Assembly: GCF_028641065.1 (NCBI RefSeq) | Contig: NC_073386.1 | Span: forward strand, 55,242,001-55,306,000 | DNA: 64,000 nucleotides | Direction of reading: 5' to 3' | From: Leucoraja erinacea | Lineage: Eukaryota | Shown: piece after piece, positions 60,451 through 64,000 of the stretch | Numbering within the stretch: position 1 is the stretch's first letter | Layout: every line of letters begins with the position of its first letter | Notes under the pieces: model-generated | Database searches by the model: none | What the model was told of the DNA's origin: nothing | The model's input: only the letters and a program-made list of their open reading frames with translations | Program-made: the position numbers and the translations under genes

Positions 60451-63247
60451 ATAACAGTAGGGAAGTTGTTTTTGAATCTGATGATACATGCTTTTGGCTT
60501 TTGTATCGTCTGGTTGTCACGTTTCCAGTATTACAACGATGACCACACTTCTGAAATTTACATTGCCTATGAAACATTTTGAGGCATTCTTTAAGTCATG
60601 AAAAGCATTGTATGAGACTCGGGAAGTTTTCCTCTTTCGAATGACATAACTGAACTGGTCAAAGCAGTCTGCAATAAACATTATGGTGGATTTCTTCTCA
60701 TGTCATACAATTTCCTGAACAACAGATGAGGGTAAGAAATTATCACATTCTCAGGAGGCCTGCCAGTGTCCTAGATATTCTGATTTAACAGAAAATAAAA
60801 GCAGACAAGTAGCAAATCCTCATTGAATCATGGTATAAAAGAACAACATGGAGTGCAGGAAATTAATTATTCCAAGTTTAGTTTAGTTTAAAGATACAGC
60901 GTGGAAACTGGCCCTTTTGGCCTACCAAGTCCGCGCCGAGCAATGATCACCCATACACTAGTTTACATCCCTACCACTATAGGGATGAAGATAAGGAGGA
61001 AGAGAAAACAAACTGTTTTGGATTTACCTACACAGTCCCTAGTTAAAAGCAAAACAAATTTGAAAATTCCAGCACTCGAGTCTTGTTACAAATGAAAAAC
61101 ATGCAGACACATTTTGTTTTGAATTATCACATAAAATCAAAAAATACTGCTTGCTAGACATGGGGGAAAAAAAATCTGATTTTCAGAACATATGCTCAAG
61201 ATATTGGCACATAAGATTTTGACATGGTGAGATGTTCGAGAGATACAGCAAAACATTCACAATAGCATAACCAAAAAAAAAAAAGATGGGCATACTCCAA
61301 TTGGGCAAGTAAGATGAGAAAACCCACAATCAAACAGTCACTGAGCTGGCTAGGTTCAGTACAACTATGGTGAGAATAGGTCTCAGGAGGGCTTAACGTT
61401 TAAAATGAGAACTGTGGAATTAAAATGGCAGGAAACTGAAAGCATGTGAAGGATAGGAAAGGATATGGTTTTTGGTTGAAGAATAAAAAGGGAGAATTGG
61501 CATTGAATAGAAATCAAGGCAGCTATTAGAATAGTTGAGTCTAAAGATTACATACAAGGATTTCAGTGGTAAAGGAGCTACAAATCAACAATGCCTAGGC
61601 TCTGTTCAAGATTATATCGAGATAACATGGTTTGGGCCACGATGACCAGAGAAAGATGGAATCACTGGTAAGGAGGAAGATTCTGCAAGGGGAAATCAAT
61701 AGAAGGAAATGTGAACTTGTATTCTGATGTTGATATCCCACTCTGCAACATTTCCTTGGGCGGCAATCTAAGACTTTTTTTTGCATGATGGTGACAAATC
61801 TGTATGCTCTAGCTTGTCAATATCAACCAGAAATGGAGAGAATGATAGGTCTGTGAGAGTTCATAAGTGTCAGGCCAAGAAACAGAAGTTATTATTGAGG
61901 ATATCCAGATCAAAATAGAATCAAACCAGTACAAATCTGCTGAGAAGGATGAAGGGCAGTGCAATCAATAACAGATTCCAACAAACAGGTGAAAGAAACA
62001 CACGTTTCTGAGCATCATGTATTTTTACAGTAAGACTAGCGTCACGTGGACTTCTTTTGGAAAACTAACCATTTCAGGTTTTGTAAGGCCACCCGTTGCT
62101 GTCACCATATACAGAATCTTTTCGTGGGCAGGTTTTCCTAACTACCTAGGTACAATTATGTAAAATCAAGGCTTTTGACAAATCAAAATAGTTTGATATT
62201 TTTAAAATGTAGAGGTTATATTAAATAAATCATATCAAAATCTACATAGGATGATTGAACCACATACTTTATTACCAGCAAGAAAGTCAAGTAGTGACAA
62301 TTATAGGTGAACAATAATAATCTGCAGAATCAAGAAACCGATAACCTGCAGAATCAAGTAGTAATTTCCAATTAAACAACACTTTTCATAGTGAACTCTA
62401 GTTAAAAATTTAGCCAGATTCTTTGACATGTTAAGCGAGGCTGTGATCAAGTCAAAATGAGAGCTCATATCCATTCTTTTGGTATCCCCTTAATTTGCCT
62501 TAATTGGTCTAACTCCCACTCTCTATGAGCCTAATCTATGCCCTGATCTTGCACTTGCATATGTTTTTCATCTATAGTGACTCCCAGCTCACCAACACCT
62601 TGATCTCATTACGTTTTGACTTTCCTCTAACTTTCTTTGAAATAAATTCTAAGTCGAGCATTTTAGGCTTCTTTCTTTGTGCTTCTCCATTGGCAGCCAT
62701 ACCTCCACAAAGAAAAACGGAGATACCTTGTTTCTCAAAAAGCGGAGCTACTCCAGTATTTTGTGCCTATTTGAGATATTTAGGCTGGAAATTGCAGTGT
62801 TTAGGCCTTGAATAACTGAAGGCCCTTCCCCATAAAGCTGTATCTTCAACCAAGCATCATTCCTTTAACTCAATATTCTTGTAACCCCTTTTTAAAAACC
62901 CAACATGCAGTGACTCAGTCAGGATTAGATTTTCATCCTTGTGTTATTTACAGCAGAAAGGATTGAAATTACCTCTAAATTAAGATCTGATACCATACCA
63001 TATGGAAACTGCATCAAGGTTTGGTTGGCAGACTTGAAACAGGTGTTTACTTTCCCTAAAATGTAACTTGCAAATATTGCAAAAAAGTAAAAAAGGTATA
63101 CTTCTATAAATAGTATAATCACTACAATCCATTTTTAAGGGGATTTGAAATGTGCAGTTTTGTTCAAAACTAGCTCAATTTCATCTTTACCTGTTCAGTA
63201 ATTATTTAATAATGTACTTAAGCCTGAAATACAATAAATACAGTTAC

Positions 63248-63295
63248 CTGAAGGGTTGCGATGGCGATCTTGAATGAATTTTCATATCTTCTAAC
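63248..63295 (-). CDS. CDC14A: CDC14A dual-specificity phosphatase, internal coding exon (48 bp, phase 2-2)
   Basis: Boundaries ttttaaag|GTTAGAAG...CCCTTCAG|gtaact; encodes (R)LEDMKIHSRSPSQPF(R), resembling the human CDC14A segment ending SQPFR; phase-compatible with the next exon. Upstream exons lie beyond the window. Confidence 0.85.
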
Positions 63296-64000
63296 CTTTA
63301 AAATAACAAACCATACTATAATTAATTCTTATAAATAGCCATCGTTCATTTATATTTTAATCCATGTTTGGAATACTGAACATGCATAAAGCCTCATCCA
63401 TGTAAAGATGACATTGCTTTGTTCCACTTTTATTTTTTGCAGGCAGGAAATGAAAACAGCAGATCATTTGTCTCTTCAAAATCCTTAACTACATTAGTGT
63501 AATCATCTTTCAAAATATACTGAAAGACTTCTTTGATCCCTGTAATTCGTACTGCATTCACCTTTGAAGAAACATTAACAAATAGGATAATGATAAAGAA
63601 TGACATCATTCTTTCCATTTAATTGAACTGCATTATGCAAATTGCAACTTGATTATTTCTAAAACTAAAGTGCGACCCTACATGAGGAAGATGAAAGACC
63701 AGACATTGGTGAACTAATGTTTGCCTTTTTTTTAAAAATAAACTAACAGTTTATTTTTGTGCAGTAGCTGCATTTTTTTAATTAAAAAAAAAAAAACAAT
63801 GACCAAAGACTTGGTGGATTGGATTCAAAATAGGCTTGGACATATAAGACAGAGTGTCGTAGTGGGGAGATGTTATTCTGACTGGAGGTTAGTAACTAAT
63901 GTTCTGCAGAGATCAGTGCTCCGACCTGTTTGTGGATGAAAACATAGGTGGGCTGATTTGCAGATGATGCAAACATTGGCAGAGATGCAGATTGTGAGGA

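Overview
Eukaryotic (vertebrate) genomic DNA, most likely a cartilaginous fish such as a skate or ray. This is inferred from HE1/HER1-type SINE and CR1 LINE families, abundant Penelope-derived repeats and protein divergence. No prokaryotic features or CRISPR arrays are present. Host genes: the last four coding exons and 3'UTR of CDC14A (minus, 50850-63295); the single-exon CDS of GPR88 (minus, 40809-41831), sandwiched between two tandem repeats; and two intact Ig-domain exons of a VCAM1-like gene (plus, 24869-25556). This is the vertebrate CDC14A-GPR88-VCAM1 neighbourhood, but the VCAM-like exons are inverted relative to the human arrangement. Most of the remainder is transposon-derived: CR1, Rex/Babar and Penelope fragments, SINEs, non-autonomous Helitrons, a Harbinger MITE, and a 6.3-kb spliced KIAA1586-like hAT transposon interrupted by a 2.3-kb P-element-like insertion. 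The most interesting signals are: (1) four 31-36 bp fused-terminus palindromes, three with perfect 8-bp target duplications, that look like P-element excision footprints; (2) a Helitron at the same position in two CR1 copies, suggesting a composite element; (3) templated local-DNA insertions at LINE 5' junctions; (4) many minimal hammerhead-ribozyme motifs in Penelope-derived repeats; (5) a 1.6-kb stop-free 23-bp minisatellite abutting the GPR88 start codon. All calls were made by eye and from memory of the families; repeat boundaries are approximate unless a TSD or TIR is quoted.
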